DNA of 64,000 bases from a bacterium (GTDB lineage: Bacteria > UBA8248 > JACPRG01 > G963555815). Below are positions 59,500 to 64,000 of this stretch, piece by piece. Numbering within the stretch: position 1 is the first letter of the stretch; each line of letters starts with the position of its first letter. The DNA is taken from positions 3,488,001 to 3,552,000 of the forward strand of contig OZ244653.1 of assembly GCA_965218795.1 (NCBI GenBank), given 5' to 3'. Below the pieces are notes generated by a model. The model saw nothing but the letters and a program-made list of their open reading frames with translations, did not search any database and had not been told where the DNA came from. A program made the translations under genes and the position numbers.

Positions 59500-60909
59500 G
59501 TGAAGAAGTATGCGCACCTGGCTGTTTTCACTTTGGTCCTGGCGGACATCGCGGCCGTGGTGGCCGCTTGGTCCACCGCCTTCGTCCTTCGATTCATCGT
59601 CGAGGTCATCCCTGCCCTCAAGACCTATCCCACCTTCTCCCATTACCTGTCGTTCGTGCCGATTGTCCTGGCGTTCTGGCTGGCCGCCGCGCGATGGCTC
59701 AATCTGTACGATCCCCAGTTTCCCCGGTCGCTGCGGGTTCGCGCCTGGAACGCCTGGAAGGTCGCTACCCTGTCGGTTGTCCTGCTGACGGCCCTGACCT
59801 TCTTTTATCGCGAATTCCCCTTCGCCCGATTCTCGCGGATCGCGATGATGTACTACTGGATCATCGTCACGATCTATGCGGTCATCGCCCGCCAGATCGC
59901 GCAATCCTTCCTGAAAGTCCTGCGGAATCGGGGTTACGAGGTCCGGCGCATCCTGATTGCCGGCACGGGCGAGTTGGGAAAGGACCTCGGGCGTCGAATG
60001 CGGGAGAACGCTGCGCTGGGGATCGAGGTGGTGGGTTACCTGACCGACCGCAGCGAGGAGATCGGTCAAGATGTGGAGGGCCCTCCGGTCGTCGGGCGGC
60101 TGGAAGATCTCCGGGAATTCATCGCTCGGCTCAAGGCGGATCAACTCTTCATTGCGCTGCCGATGGACTCTCAGGACCGCCTTCAGCGCGTCCTGGAAGG
60201 GATCGGCGAAGAGTTGATCGATATCAAGGTGGTCCCCGATTTTCTGAAATTCATGCAGCTCAACGCCGGGATTGAGGATTTCGACGGGCTGCCGGTCATC
60301 AGTCTGAGGGAAAGCCCGCTGTTCGGGGCAAACCTCATCGTCAAGCGATCGGCGGATATCGTTTTATCCCTGCTTGCCCTGATCGTTCTGTCACCGCTGA
60401 TGATTCTCATCGCGCTGGCGGTGAAGCTCACTTCGCGCGGGCCCGTGCTCTATCAGCAGGAGAGAATGGGGCTCGACGGCGTTTCCTTTCAGATGTACAA
60501 GTTCCGCTCCATGAAAGTGGAAGCGGAAAAGGAGACCGGTGCGGTCTGGGCGAGCCCGGAGGACCCCCGGCGCACCGCAATCGGTCGCCTCATCCGCACG
60601 GCCAGCCTCGATGAATTGCCGCAGGTGTTCAACGTCTTGGGAGGCGACATGAGTCTGGTCGGCCCCCGTCCGGAGCGTCCCGTGTTTGTGGAGGAGTTTA
60701 AAAAGAAGGTGCCTGGCTATATGCTGCGCCACAAGGTCAAGGCGGGTATCACCGGCTGGGCCCAAGTCAACGGCTGGCGCGGGAACACGCCGCTCGACAA
60801 GCGGATCGAGTGCGACCTGTATTATATCGAGCACTGGTCGCTGGGGCTTGATTTGAAGATCATCTGGATGACCTTGTGGAAAGGAATCTTCCACAAACAT
60901 GCGTATTGA
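59500..60909 (+). CDS. Undecaprenyl-phosphate hexose-1-phosphate transferase (WcaJ/WbaP type)
   Basis: KRSADI, YKFRSM, SLDELPQ, MSLVGPRPE, GITGWAQVNG and DLYYIEHWS. Confidence 0.93.
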   Translation: MKKYAHLAVFTLVLADIAAVVAAWSTAFVLRFIVEVIPALKTYPTFSHYLSFVPIVLAFWLAAARWLNLYDPQFPRSLRVRAWNAWKVATLSVVLLTALTFFYREFPFARFSRIAMMYYWIIVTIYAVIARQIAQSFLKVLRNRGYEVRRILIAGTGELGKDLGRRMRENAALGIEVVGYLTDRSEEIGQDVEGPPVVGRLEDLREFIARLKADQLFIALPMDSQDRLQRVLEGIGEELIDIKVVPDFLKFMQLNAGIEDFDGLPVISLRESPLFGANLIVKRSADIVLSLLALIVLSPLMILIALAVKLTSRGPVLYQQERMGLDGVSFQMYKFRSMKVEAEKETGAVWASPEDPRRTAIGRLIRTASLDELPQVFNVLGGDMSLVGPRPERPVFVEEFKKKVPGYMLRHKVKAGITGWAQVNGWRGNTPLDKRIECDLYYIEHWSLGLDLKIIWMTLWKGIFHKHAY

Positions 60910-61286
60910 GGGGGTGTTTACATGGCGAAATCGAAAGCGAAGGGATTCGTCGGACATTTTGCCCGGCCTGTCAAGGGGCGGAATCCCTGGCTGGTCGCGC
61001 GAGACGCCCGGCCTCCCTTATCGGTGGGGCGGGCGTCTCACCCGCCTGGCAGAGCGTATGCCAAAGCCTGTCTCCCGTATCGACACTACGAATGGTTATT
61101 GCATAGCGACGAATATCCATGACCACCGGCCTCTGGGGACAAGAAAAGGTTGCCGGGCATTTTACCCGGCCTACCTATGGATAGGTTGGAGATGATCGCC
61201 ATTCTGGACATGGCTGTTCAGGGACTTAGGGGAAAGCCCACCGACCGGACTGCACAGGCTCATCCTCCGGGCCGATATGGACCTGC

Positions 61287-63697
<2,411 letters not shown>

Positions 63698-63737
63698 AAC
63701 CTCCCATGGGGCAACCCCCCCTCGGTTCCGAACCGCC

Positions 63738-64000
63738 GTGGTTTTTTGCGAAGCCTTTGAGATTCCTCCGAATATCTGTGTCGCCATCGTAGGCGCCGGT
63801 GGCAAGACGGCCCTCATGCACCGTCTGGCGGCGGAAATGGCCGCCGAGGCGGCCCGGGCGGACAGGGCGGTCCTGGTCACGAGCACCACGAAAATTTTTC
63901 GGCCTGAGCCGGAGGAGGCCGAGGCGGTGATCCTGACCGACGATCTGGAGGAGGCGCGAAGCCGCATTCGAAAGGCGGCCCGGAAAGACTTTCGAATCGT
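63738..64000 (+). CDS. yqeC: Selenium-cofactor accessory protein YqeC, 5' part; runs off the window
   Basis: Open frame ...VAIVGAGGKTALMHRLA...VLVTSTTKI; not in the ORF track because it is unclosed. Confidence 0.75.
   Translation, partial: MVFCEAFEIPPNICVAIVGAGGKTALMHRLAAEMAAEAARADRAVLVTSTTKIFRPEPEEAEAVILTDDLEEARSRIRKAARKDFRI

Overview
GC-rich bacterial chromosome segment from a diderm organism (kdsB, two GT9 heptosyltransferase-like genes, an O-antigen ligase-like gene); the lineage cannot be fixed from sequence alone. Left to right: a disrupted double-AAA ATPase; tRNA-Arg(ACG)-tadA-tRNA-Ser(CGA); a PLP enzyme/hydantoinase-oxoprolinase A/B block; tRNA-Ser(GGA)-large SRP RNA-dnaX-ybaB-recR; accessory catabolic genes; a Dpp/Opp-type ABC cluster with two binding proteins; nth; a CarD-family gene; glcDEF; a 3-hydroxybutyrate dehydrogenase; a lone hpnD; an AT-richer decayed patch; dcd; iscU/iscS-like genes; a ~15 kb surface-glycan cluster; kdsB-pyrG; and the start of yqeC. 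The most notable unexplained structure is non-coding. (1) About 13 copies of a modular intergenic element (sequence-variable hairpin + conserved GAAACAAAAGTTTT linker + G-run + second hairpin), often in outward-facing pairs, with compensatory stem changes and strand-specific GNA triloops. (2) A ~176-nt multi-stem element closed by a long inverted repeat downstream of carD and a tiny Cys/His ORF. At least eight genes carry frameshifts or deletions, which may be assembly error or real decay. Protein family calls come from motif recognition by eye, not database searches.
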